This document shows, in pieces, positions 30,591 through 38,679 of a stretch of DNA of 53,834 nucleotides. Position numbers and translations under genes: made by a program. Below the pieces are notes generated by a model, which saw nothing but the letters and a program-made list of their open reading frames with translations, did no database searches and had not been told where the DNA came from. Position 1 is the first letter of the stretch. Each line of letters starts with the position of its first letter. Source of the stretch: a virus (taxonomy: Duplodnaviria; Caudoviricetes); IMG/VR virus record IMGVR_UViG_3300030104_001062, positions 1-53,834 of that record; one strand, given 5' to 3'.

Positions 30591-31359
30591 GTTCGTTATC
30601 CTTTAAGTTTTTCAGATCATCTGTTAATATTGCAACTTTGCAGTTCACATAATGTGAAATCTTTTTTGTCATCTCCATTGCCTTGAGTGTTGCATCTTTG
30701 TCAAGTGCAACTACTGCATTTTTATATTTCTTAATAATGTCAACATGTTGTTGCAACAAGTTAGTTCCCATCAATGCTAATGTCGAAACTTTGTCAGCTA
30801 TACTACACGCAGATGGGCAATCTTCTACAATAAAAATATTGTCACTATTATTGTGTATATGAAATCCAAAGTTTGTCTTTCCGTATCTATACCACTTTGG
30901 CTTTTTGTCAGCTAATGTTCTCCCTATTGCATCAACTACCCTACCCTTGTCCTTTACAAGAAATGTCACCCTATCGAAACGAATGTCATACATAATGTCA
31001 GCACGATTGTCCAAGTACGCTTGATACGAATTAACTGAACGTACATAGTCAATAGCCTTTTGATTACGTGATAAAGGAACAAAGGTAGTTGGTAGTTGAA
31101 ACTCAATAGAAGGAGTATGTTTTATACTTGGCTTTAACTTCTTTTCAAACACCATACGAGAGTTAGTTTTTGTCAGCCTTTTGCCTGTCACACCTTTGAC
31201 ATCACAATCAGCATAAAAACAATTGTACATTCTCTCATAACCATTGTCACTAACGCTTAAAGTATTCTTCTTATGACACGATGGACAATCTATTCTTAAT
31301 CGCCCATTGGGTTGCAAAGCTAAATCTTCAATAAATGTTTTCACCCAAGTATAACTCAT
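30559..31359 (-). CDS. DNA primase (Zn ribbon + TOPRIM)
   Basis: CPSC..NCFYADC; KPKWYRYG; IVED; ALDKDA; likely start ATG 31359. Confidence 0.88.
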   Translation of the reverse strand: MSYTWVKTFIEDLALQPNGRLRIDCPSCHKKNTLSVSDNGYERMYNCFYADCDVKGVTGKRLTKTNSRMVFEKKLKPSIKHTPSIEFQLPTTFVPLSRNQKAIDYVRSVNSYQAYLDNRADIMYDIRFDRVTFLVKDKGRVVDAIGRTLADKKPKWYRYGKTNFGFHIHNNSDNIFIVEDCPSACSIADKVSTLALMGTNLLQQHVDIIKKYKNAVVALDKDATLKAMEMTKKISHYVNCKVAILTDDLKNLKDNERERIIRKHIN

Positions 31360-31366
31360 AAAATCA

Positions 31367-31395
31367 AAACTAAACCATAACAAAAACTATGTCAA
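31367..31395 (-). promoter_or_regulatory. Sigma70 promoter of the replication arm
   Basis: TTGACA-17-TAGTTT; predicted +1 at about the primase ATG. Confidence 0.65.
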
Positions 31396-31417
31396 ATAAT
31401 TTTTTTTTATTTTTTTG

Positions 31418-31445
31418 TTGACAGATAGTTTTCTATGCTTATTAT
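31418..31445 (+). promoter_or_regulatory. Sigma70 promoter of the early arm (divergent from the previous one)
   Basis: TTGACA-16-TATTAT after an upstream T-tract. Confidence 0.65.
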
Positions 31446-31488
31446 CATAGTTCAGAGGTTCAACCCACTAGTAAAGAAAGGAAGGTCT

Positions 31489-32127
31489 ATGACCCAATAT
31501 TATAGTAATACTAAAGAAAACTATGTAAATATAAATGATATGCATCATCAACACGTTTGGTATGCATTTAAAAAACTTTGTGATCGATTAGAAGAATTAG
31601 AAATGTCTAAAAAGATATGGAGTAATTCTTTTGATTCGACAACAACAGAGTATATTCGTAAAGATGTATACAAAATGTTGTTCGATAAGTGTGAACGACA
31701 AGATAATACAATCAAACATCTTTTAAATGAGAATAGCAAACTAAAGAAAAAATTTGATAATGCCATATCCGAATTGTTTGAGAATAGCAAACTAAAGAGA
31801 AATGCTAATTCCAAATCTGTATTTAAATTAGAGAAAGAAGTGTCTAGATTAAAAGAACAGATCAATCGTATGTATAAAGATCAAAAACATAAAGGACATC
31901 GATATGCATTTTCTAATATTCCCAATGATGATAATGGTCAATCGCTTGTAAAGGCAATGAGGTTTTATTTAAATAAAGAAACTTATTCTATGCGAGTAAG
32001 AGGACAATACTTAGATAAGTCTAAATTAGAGAGAGGAGAAAGTTGGAAAACGTATGATGATGGTCAACCATTAAGTAAGTCTAAATGTATCCGTCTGTAT
32101 ATAGATAAGAAAAGGGAGAGTGCATAA
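31489..32127 (+). CDS. Early hypothetical protein (coiled coil; C-terminal MRVRGQY domain)
   Basis: GAAAGGAAGG RBS before ATG 31489. Confidence 0.7.
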   Translation: MTQYYSNTKENYVNINDMHHQHVWYAFKKLCDRLEELEMSKKIWSNSFDSTTTEYIRKDVYKMLFDKCERQDNTIKHLLNENSKLKKKFDNAISELFENSKLKRNANSKSVFKLEKEVSRLKEQINRMYKDQKHKGHRYAFSNIPNDDNGQSLVKAMRFYLNKETYSMRVRGQYLDKSKLERGESWKTYDDGQPLSKSKCIRLYIDKKRESA

Positions 32128-32339
32128 TGGCTATGAATAAAAAAGAAAAAGAATTTATGAATAAGCTAGTTGAAGAGAATGGTAATTTTAGAAAGTTACT
32201 TAAATATACTGTTAAAGATTTAACAGATTTAGCATGGGATTATGATCGTATGTCTACGAGTGGTCAACAAACATATGATCGTTTATCTAGAATGTATGCA
32301 ATGAAATTTGAGGAGAAACGTAATGCCATATCTCAATAA
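32127..32339 (+). CDS. Early hypothetical protein
   Basis: WDYDRMSTSGQ motif; coupled ORF. Confidence 0.65.
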   Translation: MAMNKKEKEFMNKLVEENGNFRKLLKYTVKDLTDLAWDYDRMSTSGQQTYDRLSRMYAMKFEEKRNAISQ

Positions 32340-32535
32340 TCATTTTCATATATATGATCAGCACAAAGATTTGTCATTTCAAATCGTGGGTAAAACTAAC
32401 TTCATTAAATGGTTAAATGAATGTACGACTGAACGTTTAGTTGACTATGGTAGATATAAATACTTTACAACTTATTCAGAATTGAGTAAGTTCTTAAAAA
32501 GTAAAGGAAAGGATATAGATAATGAGAGTGTATAG
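32323..32535 (+). CDS. Early hypothetical protein
   Basis: GAGGAG RBS before ATG 32323. Confidence 0.6.
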   Translation: MPYLNNHFHIYDQHKDLSFQIVGKTNFIKWLNECTTERLVDYGRYKYFTTYSELSKFLKSKGKDIDNESV

Positions 32536-33667
32536 TGCATTTAATGGCTTTAGTGGTGCTAATGTTGCTCTAGATAGAGCAGATAGAAAAGTAACTACAT
32601 ACTTAGCTAGTGAGATAGATAAATGGTGCAATGCCGTTACTAGATACAACTACCCCAATACAAAATTTATTGGGGACATAACTAAACTTAATCCAAATAG
32701 TATAAAGGACATTGATCTGATGATCGGTGGATCGCCTTGTCAAGATGTATCCTTTAGTGGAAAAGGTAAAGGTTTAGTTGAAGGTGAACGATCTAATTTG
32801 TTCTTCGTATGGTTGGAACATCTCAAGACAATCAAACCAAAGTACTTCTTGTTGGAGAATGTCAAGATGAAAAAAGAATATCAAGATATGATTTCTGATG
32901 CTCTTGGTGTTCAGCCTATGATGATTCCGTCTAGTCTTGTAAGTGGACAAAAACGAGATCGTCTGTATTGGTTTAATTGGAAGTGTGACTTACCAAAGGA
33001 CAAAGGTATTTATCTACAAGATATAGTTGAAGATGGTGCAGTTGATAGAGATAAGTCTTTCTGTATAGATGCAAACTATTGGAAAGGTGGTAATCTTAAA
33101 TCATACTTCACAAAGAATAGACGACAGTTAGTATTTGACAATCATAGGTGTATCCAAGTCGGTGAAGCAGATATAAAAGGTTATGATGTGATCAAACGAG
33201 TGTATGCAAGAGAAGGTAAATCCCCAACTCTAACAACTATGCAAGGTGGACACAGAGAACCAAAGGTAATTTGTGGACAGATGGTAGGTCGTAAGATTAA
33301 TCCTAAAACCAATAAACGAGATGACTACAATCCTAACATTAAAACTAAACAACGTATTGAGTTGAAAGGTGATGGTAAAAGTGGTGCTTTGACAACTGTA
33401 CAGAAGGATAATCTTGTTGTTACTGATAAGTATTGGAGAGCATTAACACCTAAAGAGTGTGAACGTCTGATGACACTACCTGATGACTATACTATGTTTG
33501 GAGATTTTGAGGAAAACAACTATGCACATTACAAAGAATCTATTGGAGATGCCGATTGGTATAATGATATAAAGGACATATCCAAGACTCAACGATATCG
33601 TATGCTTGGTAATGGTTTTGTTGTTGATGTAATCGCTCACATATTAAGGAGTATGCCTAATGGCTAG
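32522..33667 (+). CDS. C5-cytosine DNA methyltransferase, probably multispecific
   Basis: SEID, GGSPCQ, ENV, QKRDR, LTPKECERL, RYRMLGNG; variable region with three KS-x-(C/T/A)-(I/L) modules. Confidence 0.92.
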   Translation: MRVYSAFNGFSGANVALDRADRKVTTYLASEIDKWCNAVTRYNYPNTKFIGDITKLNPNSIKDIDLMIGGSPCQDVSFSGKGKGLVEGERSNLFFVWLEHLKTIKPKYFLLENVKMKKEYQDMISDALGVQPMMIPSSLVSGQKRDRLYWFNWKCDLPKDKGIYLQDIVEDGAVDRDKSFCIDANYWKGGNLKSYFTKNRRQLVFDNHRCIQVGEADIKGYDVIKRVYAREGKSPTLTTMQGGHREPKVICGQMVGRKINPKTNKRDDYNPNIKTKQRIELKGDGKSGALTTVQKDNLVVTDKYWRALTPKECERLMTLPDDYTMFGDFEENNYAHYKESIGDADWYNDIKDISKTQRYRMLGNGFVVDVIAHILRSMPNG

Positions 33668-33863
33668 ACCTAAGAAATTTAAAGAAGATGTCAAGATGTA
33701 CAACATAGCATTGTCAGTTAATATGTTTAAAAAATTGTCAAATATATCTTTACAAGAAACACAAAATAGTTTAGAACATATAAGTATAGCCGATCTAATA
33801 AGATCAAGTATTGAAGTGTTTGTCGAATGTTATGAAAAAGAGAATGTCAATGGGAAAAGTTAA
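33660..33863 (+). CDS. Ribbon-helix-helix-like DNA-binding protein
   Basis: MARPKK..YNIAL..SIADLIRSSIE. Confidence 0.6.
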   Translation: MARPKKFKEDVKMYNIALSVNMFKKLSNISLQETQNSLEHISIADLIRSSIEVFVECYEKENVNGKS

Positions 33864-34062
33864 AAGTATGTGTATGGATATGGAAGATAAGTATGTTGAT
33901 CTATCTATAGATAATGTCAGCGATTGTCACCATATAGAAGAGTATATAAAAAAAATGTCAGCCCATTCTCATCTGATTGATTGGAGAGATGATTGGAAAG
34001 AATGGTCACACGAAATTTTGACCGAAAATTGGAATGAGTATTGGTCGAAATACAATCCCTAA
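33850..34062 (+). CDS. Acidic Trp-rich early protein
   Basis: MGKVKSMCMDME..WNEYWSKY. Confidence 0.65.
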   Translation: MGKVKSMCMDMEDKYVDLSIDNVSDCHHIEEYIKKMSAHSHLIDWRDDWKEWSHEILTENWNEYWSKYNP

Positions 34063-34093
34063 AAGAATTTTTTTATCCTTTCGCTTTTAGGGC

Positions 34094-34136
34094 TTGACTT
34101 AATAGGACTATGGAGTAATCTGTAGTCCTATTTTTT
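34094..34136 (+). promoter_or_regulatory. Sigma70 promoter overlapping a terminator-like hairpin
   Basis: TTGACT-16-TAATCT inside the AATAGGACTA..TAGTCCTATT + T-run hairpin. Confidence 0.55.
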
Positions 34137-34152
34137 ATGAAAGGACAAATAG

Positions 34153-34641
34153 ATGAAACATTGGAGAACTAAAGAAGAAATGGGTGAGGGCTTTCAGTTT
34201 AATGAGAAAGACCACATGGAAAATGAATATAATTCCCTAGAAAAATTTGAAGAACATGAAAAAAATTTAATGCGAACTTTTTATCTAATTAGAGATGTTT
34301 GGACTTATAAACAATTAATTCAGTTGCGAAACGTCTTAGATGACATTATTGAAGATAAAGAAAATTCAGACGAACAGCCATTGTGTACTACTCACACATT
34401 TTATAAATGGAATGATAAAGATACTTTTGATAGTGTTCTTGAATTAGCTCAAGATGGTATTGATACAATTCACACAGAGGTTGCATTTTATAAAGATAAA
34501 GTTGTTTTAACAAAAACCGATTGTGAAATATTTGATGTCAAAAAACACATTAAAGAATTATCTTATAAAGATTTTGTTTTAATGATGAATAGGGGAAAAG
34601 AAATTGAAACAAAGTTTTATGATTGGGAGTTTGACAAATGA
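34153..34641 (+). CDS. Early hypothetical protein
   Basis: GAAAGGA RBS, ATG. Confidence 0.65.
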   Translation: MKHWRTKEEMGEGFQFNEKDHMENEYNSLEKFEEHEKNLMRTFYLIRDVWTYKQLIQLRNVLDDIIEDKENSDEQPLCTTHTFYKWNDKDTFDSVLELAQDGIDTIHTEVAFYKDKVVLTKTDCEIFDVKKHIKELSYKDFVLMMNRGKEIETKFYDWEFDK

Positions 34642-34808
34642 GTATCAAGATAGTAGACGTAACAGAAGAAGATACAATCACTTGCAATGTTTGTAACTGT
34701 ACCTTTGACACGAATGAAATTACTACTGATGATTTTTATTTTGCTTGGGACAATATAGTTTCAACAGATTGTTGTCGCAGTTGTAGTAAAAAGGAAATTG
34801 GCAAATGA
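34638..34808 (+). CDS. Small Zn-finger protein, 56 aa, absent from the ORF track
   Basis: MSIKIVD..CNVCNC..DCCRSC; ATGA coupling at both ends. Confidence 0.6.
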   Translation: MSIKIVDVTEEDTITCNVCNCTFDTNEITTDDFYFAWDNIVSTDCCRSCSKKEIGK

Positions 34809-35065
34809 TGAAACAATGGAGTAAACGAGATTGGGCATTGGCTAATATTCATTTTGAAAATATTGTCAGCCCAAAGCTAAATAATGTCAGCCCAAAGCTA
34901 AATAATGTCAGCCCAAAGCTTGATAGCCACAGAGCTACTGATCCTCTGTTGACCGAACTTCAAGAAATTATTTTTGATTTATATGATGAAGAAAATTTTG
35001 AATATGCCAGAAGATTAGAAGATTTTGAAATTTCTTTTATGAAATTTTTACAAAATAATATTTGA
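34805..35065 (+). CDS. Early hypothetical protein containing a 7-aa tandem repeat
   Basis: NNVSPKL x3. Confidence 0.55.
   Translation: MMKQWSKRDWALANIHFENIVSPKLNNVSPKLNNVSPKLDSHRATDPLLTELQEIIFDLYDEENFEYARRLEDFEISFMKFLQNNI
34859..34921 (+). repeat. 3 x 21-bp tandem repeat AATAATGTCAGCCCAAAGCTA
   Basis: Read directly from the sequence. Confidence 0.9.
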
Positions 35066-35089
35066 CTATCTATACAGTTGTGATATTTA
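35062..35089 (+). promoter_or_regulatory. Putative sigma70 promoter
   Basis: TTGACT-16-TATTTA with extended TG. Confidence 0.4.
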
Positions 35090-35125
35090 AGTGTTGTCGT
35101 AATTTTAAAATGAAAGGAAAAAATA

Positions 35126-35380
35126 ATGACAGTCAAAATAATCTCAGATGAGTTGATCACTCAGATAAACGATCAATTAAAAACTGTAGTTACTGATGCA
35201 GTTAAAGAAGAAATTCGCAATATCGATTGGAGTGGTGAATTAGATATATATAGTCTTGTTCAAGATGAACTTCAGAATATGGATATTATGGATTATATGG
35301 ATACATCTAGCCTTGACGATAAGATCGGTGATCAGTTGGAAAGTATGCTCTCAGAATTAACAATTCAGAGGGGGCATTAA
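35126..35380 (+). CDS. Small acidic early protein
   Basis: GAAAGGA RBS; about 19 D/E vs 6 K/R. Confidence 0.7.
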   Translation: MTVKIISDELITQINDQLKTVVTDAVKEEIRNIDWSGELDIYSLVQDELQNMDIMDYMDTSSLDDKIGDQLESMLSELTIQRGH

Positions 35381-35382
35381 TT

Positions 35383-35592
35383 ATGAATATGGTTGATATA
35401 ATTCATACTACAACTGAATTAGAAACTTTAGAAAATGATCTAACTGTTGAAGTTTCAAAATTTATTCGTGAACGTCTACAAAATTCATCACTAGATTTTA
35501 TTGGTGGTAATGGTCTAGATATTTTAATTGATACTAATATTGATATTGAAAGTATTGTATCCAAAGCTTTAATTGAAAGGAAAAATAAATGA
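35383..35592 (+). CDS. Small acidic early protein
   Basis: GAGGGG RBS; coupled ORF. Confidence 0.6.
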   Translation: MNMVDIIHTTTELETLENDLTVEVSKFIRERLQNSSLDFIGGNGLDILIDTNIDIESIVSKALIERKNK

Positions 35593-36686
35593 GTGATCAA
35601 ATGGATATTGAAGAACTATTAACTGAAAGTGACAATGCAAATGTTACTCCATTTAAAACTAACATTCCTCCAAAGTGGTCTGTATCATTAGATGATAATG
35701 GCTATAAACAAATGCCAAATGGTGTTGAGTTTATTCATGATGATGTAAGGAATAATCGATTGTTTGAAGATGTAGGAACAGTTGAACCTACTCCATTATT
35801 TGTAGATAAACCATTTGGTGTAGGTATGGGAACAATGCAAAAAGTTGATAATTATAGAGCGTTGATTTCAACTCATACGGGTGATGTTTTAAACTGTCGA
35901 CCAATTTCAGATACTTATAAACTTGTTAATCACTCAGAATTGTTTGAAAAGCAGGGAAACCATTTGAAGGAAAATAGTGATTTGCCTTTAGATAATGTTG
36001 AAGTAATTGATCGAGTATTTGAGAATGGAAGACGTGCAACTAGAACTATTCATTTTAATGATTTAAAGATGGACGTTGGACAAAATGATCTAGTTAAGTG
36101 TCGTTTAGATGTTTTTAATTCTGTCGATATGTCGTGGGCATTCCAAGTCTTTAGTGGTGCTTATCGATCACTATGTCAAAACACTCAAGTATTTGGGGGT
36201 GAAAAAGCATACCAACAAAAGCATTTACATAGTAAGAATTTAGATGTTGATGCTTTGATGAACAATGCTCAGACTAGCTTGTCATCATGGAATAATAATA
36301 AAGAGCAGATGAAAGAGTGGAAAGTGTCACCAATTTCAGATAAACAATTTGCGACATTCTTAGCAAATACTCTATGTCAAGTTGAACGTGGTGTAGGAAG
36401 TCGTTTGGTTGCTGATAGTCAATATAAGGTCAATAATAAGTTATTGAATTTTATGACACAAATATTCCAAAAAGAAAGTCAAGATTGTGGTGCAAATATG
36501 TGGAGTGCTTATAATGCTTTGACTTATTGGTCTACTCATACTGATGCAGATTATGTCGATGTCGATGGTAAAAGTCAGCGATTGGGTGAAACAAAGTCAA
36601 AGCATACTGTGCAATTACAACGTCAAGATAAAGTCAGAAAGCTATTGTCATCTGATGCTTGGAATGAGTTGTCATTAGTTGCATAA
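35589..36686 (+). CDS. DUF932-family protein
   Basis: YKLVNH, NSVDMS, RSLCQN, MWSAYNALTYWSTH. Confidence 0.8.
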   Translation: MSDQMDIEELLTESDNANVTPFKTNIPPKWSVSLDDNGYKQMPNGVEFIHDDVRNNRLFEDVGTVEPTPLFVDKPFGVGMGTMQKVDNYRALISTHTGDVLNCRPISDTYKLVNHSELFEKQGNHLKENSDLPLDNVEVIDRVFENGRRATRTIHFNDLKMDVGQNDLVKCRLDVFNSVDMSWAFQVFSGAYRSLCQNTQVFGGEKAYQQKHLHSKNLDVDALMNNAQTSLSSWNNNKEQMKEWKVSPISDKQFATFLANTLCQVERGVGSRLVADSQYKVNNKLLNFMTQIFQKESQDCGANMWSAYNALTYWSTHTDADYVDVDGKSQRLGETKSKHTVQLQRQDKVRKLLSSDAWNELSLVA

Positions 36687-36766
36687 TGGGAGAACTTATT
36701 TCAGCAATCTATAAATTAGTTATTATATTTGTTTTAATAATTATTGTATTTCAAATATTTGGATAA
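36686..36766 (+). CDS. 26-aa single-TM peptide, absent from the ORF track
   Basis: TAATG coupling; MGELISAIYKLVIIFVLIIIVFQIFG; followed by a terminator. Confidence 0.55.
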   Translation: MGELISAIYKLVIIFVLIIIVFQIFG

Positions 36767-36790
36767 TTAATTAAAAATAAAATAAATTTA

Positions 36791-36820
36791 AAGGGGGTGT
36801 ATTTACATTCCCTTTTTTTT
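36791..36820 (+). terminator. Intrinsic terminator overlapping the next promoter
   Basis: AAGGGGGTGT..ACATTCCC + T8; TTTACA-18-TATACT at 36802-36831. Confidence 0.6.
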
Positions 36821-36864
36821 GTGTCTATACTCCTGAACAAAATAAAAACTGAAAGGTAAATAAA

Positions 36865-37125
36865 ATGAAATTTATTAAAGTACACAATATAAACAATCGA
36901 CCCAATCAATTCTTGATTGTTACTCCAGATGCTCATTACTTTCAATCATATGAAAGTTTAATCGCTATGAGAGATAATGAAGGAAAAGTATATTTAGATA
37001 AAAACTATTGGGATTATTCTAGTACAACTGGAAAGTATAGAAATATATTTTTAAATGAAAATAAACATTTGACACAGAAAAAGATTAATTCTAATGTCTA
37101 TTCATTGGTTGATTTAAACAACTAA
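36865..37125 (+). CDS. Conserved early phage protein (FQSY..WDYSxTTGKY)
   Basis: GAAAGG RBS; recognisable motif. Confidence 0.75.
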   Translation: MKFIKVHNINNRPNQFLIVTPDAHYFQSYESLIAMRDNEGKVYLDKNYWDYSSTTGKYRNIFLNENKHLTQKKINSNVYSLVDLNN

Positions 37126-37160
37126 TATTTAATTTTAACAACTTGCAAAGGATAAAACAG

Positions 37161-37406
37161 ATGCAAAAATTAATTAAAGTAAATAAATCTAATTTAGAAA
37201 ATATGATTGTTAATGAATATAAAGATTTAAATTTAATAGCTTTACAAGTAAGATCTTTAAAAATGCAAATTGAAAGTTTAAATGAATTAATTGATGCTAT
37301 GGGTATTTGTGCTTATGGAACATCTCATAAACAAGTTAAATTAAAAGATTATCAATTAGATGATAATGATAATTTTATTATTAAGACTGAAGAAAGAACA
37401 TATTAA
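37161..37406 (+). CDS. Early hypothetical protein
   Basis: AAAGGA RBS before ATG 37161. Confidence 0.6.
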   Translation: MQKLIKVNKSNLENMIVNEYKDLNLIALQVRSLKMQIESLNELIDAMGICAYGTSHKQVKLKDYQLDDNDNFIIKTEERTY

Positions 37407-37407
37407 G

Positions 37408-37632
37408 ATGGCTAATGTGTTAAATTTTTCTCATGATATTGTCCATTGTTCTGCTTGTAATAAAGGTCAAGAAAGATATTTGCACGTTCAAGAGAATGGT
37501 AAATATTTATGTGTTGCTTGTTGGTTAAAAGATGCTAACAATTTTAGAGCAAATCAAAGAGTTCAAGAACAAGTTGAACAATACCAAATAGATTATAGAA
37601 CTAAATATTTTAGTGGTTCTTCAAAGTATTAA
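37408..37632 (+). CDS. Small Zn-finger early protein
   Basis: CSAC..CVAC; ATG 37408. Confidence 0.6.
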   Translation: MANVLNFSHDIVHCSACNKGQERYLHVQENGKYLCVACWLKDANNFRANQRVQEQVEQYQIDYRTKYFSGSSKY

Positions 37633-37656
37633 TATAATATAATTTCCTCCCAAACT

Positions 37657-37687
37657 GCCCTCAGATTAATCTCTGAGGGTTTTTTTT
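37657..37687 (+). terminator. Intrinsic terminator ending the early arm
   Basis: GCCCTCAGA-ttaatc-TCTGAGGGT + T7. Confidence 0.85.
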
Positions 37688-38040
37688 ATGTCTAAACTAA
37701 AATATAAATATGTAATTGTATTTATTACATTGTATGTTTTAAATGCTATTTTTATAGACCTTGAAAGACAGTATTAATAATTAATTGTATTGTTAATAAA
37801 AAATGTCGGTGCAAGTTTGCACATACATACATGCAAGAAAAACTATTAATACAAGTTTAGCTTGTTGCAAATCTTTATATTATCTAAATGTCTGTCATTT
37901 ATGGTTATTAATAATGGTATTTGCCTATATGTACAAAGGGTCACTGGGGGTACTCTAGCACTTGCTAGCAATCTAGGGATATTTTTTATATTTTAGGGTT
38001 ATATGTATGGAAAACTTTGCAACTCACTGAGTAGGCTCAT

Positions 38041-38071
38041 AAAAAAAGCCCCATATGCAACGCATTGGGGC
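38041..38071 (-). terminator. Intrinsic terminator on the minus strand
   Basis: GCCCCAATGCGTTGCATATGGGGC + T7. Confidence 0.8.
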
Positions 38072-38109
38072 AACTTATTGGGTATACTATATATATCCTC
38101 GGCAGGTTC
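38041..38109 (-). ncRNA. Candidate ~70-nt small RNA
   Basis: Bounded by a consensus promoter and an intrinsic terminator, with no substantial ORF. Confidence 0.5.
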
Positions 38110-38115
38110 ATCTGC

Positions 38116-38144
38116 ATTATACCGTCTGAAATCAATTTCGTCAA
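38116..38144 (-). promoter_or_regulatory. Near-consensus sigma70 promoter, leftward
   Basis: TTGACG-17-TATAAT. Confidence 0.8.
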
Positions 38145-38150
38145 CCCCCC

Positions 38151-38179
38151 TTGACAAATTTTTTTTAAATTAGTATTAT
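38151..38179 (+). promoter_or_regulatory. Sigma70 promoter of the packaging/structural arm
   Basis: TTGACA-17-TATTAT. Confidence 0.8.
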
Positions 38180-38277
38180 AAGTATGTATTATAGGTGCAA
38201 GATGTCACATTGGCACACGATATAGCTTAGTTTGCATCCAGTTCGTAGACTTACGCACCGTAATAACAGAGATTACA

Positions 38278-38679
38278 ATGAATTTATTACCAGAAAAACG
38301 CAAATCTACTAAGATTTCTGAAAAAGAAGAGCTTTTCTTACAAAACTTGTTTGAGAATGGCGGCCAAGTAGTCGCTGCAGCTGAAAATGCTGGGTACACG
38401 AAGGGTTCTGCAGGATATTTGCGAAGCAAATTAGCCGATGAGATCATAACACGGTCAAAGAACCTACTCGCTAGTGCTTCTGTAAAAGCTACCAACAGGT
38501 TAATTAGTATGATCGACACCCCACAAGTCGAAAGAGGGGATGATGTGCGTTTAAAGGCTGCTGAATCGCTGTTAAACAGAGTTGGGCTGGGTAGAGAGGA
38601 AACACATAACCATAATGTACAGGCATTACATGGAGTAGTATTGCTCCCACCTAAAAAAGGAATAGAAGTAAGTGGCTAA
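38278..38679 (+). CDS. terS: Terminase small subunit
   Basis: HTH AAENAGY, RLKAAESLLNRVG, VVLLPPK; directly upstream of terL. Confidence 0.85.
   Translation: MNLLPEKRKSTKISEKEELFLQNLFENGGQVVAAAENAGYTKGSAGYLRSKLADEIITRSKNLLASASVKATNRLISMIDTPQVERGDDVRLKAAESLLNRVGLGREETHNHNVQALHGVVLLPPKKGIEVSG

Noticed and set aside
37633-38277. tRNA genes in intergenic gaps
   Set aside because: No cloverleaf or T-loop consensus recognised
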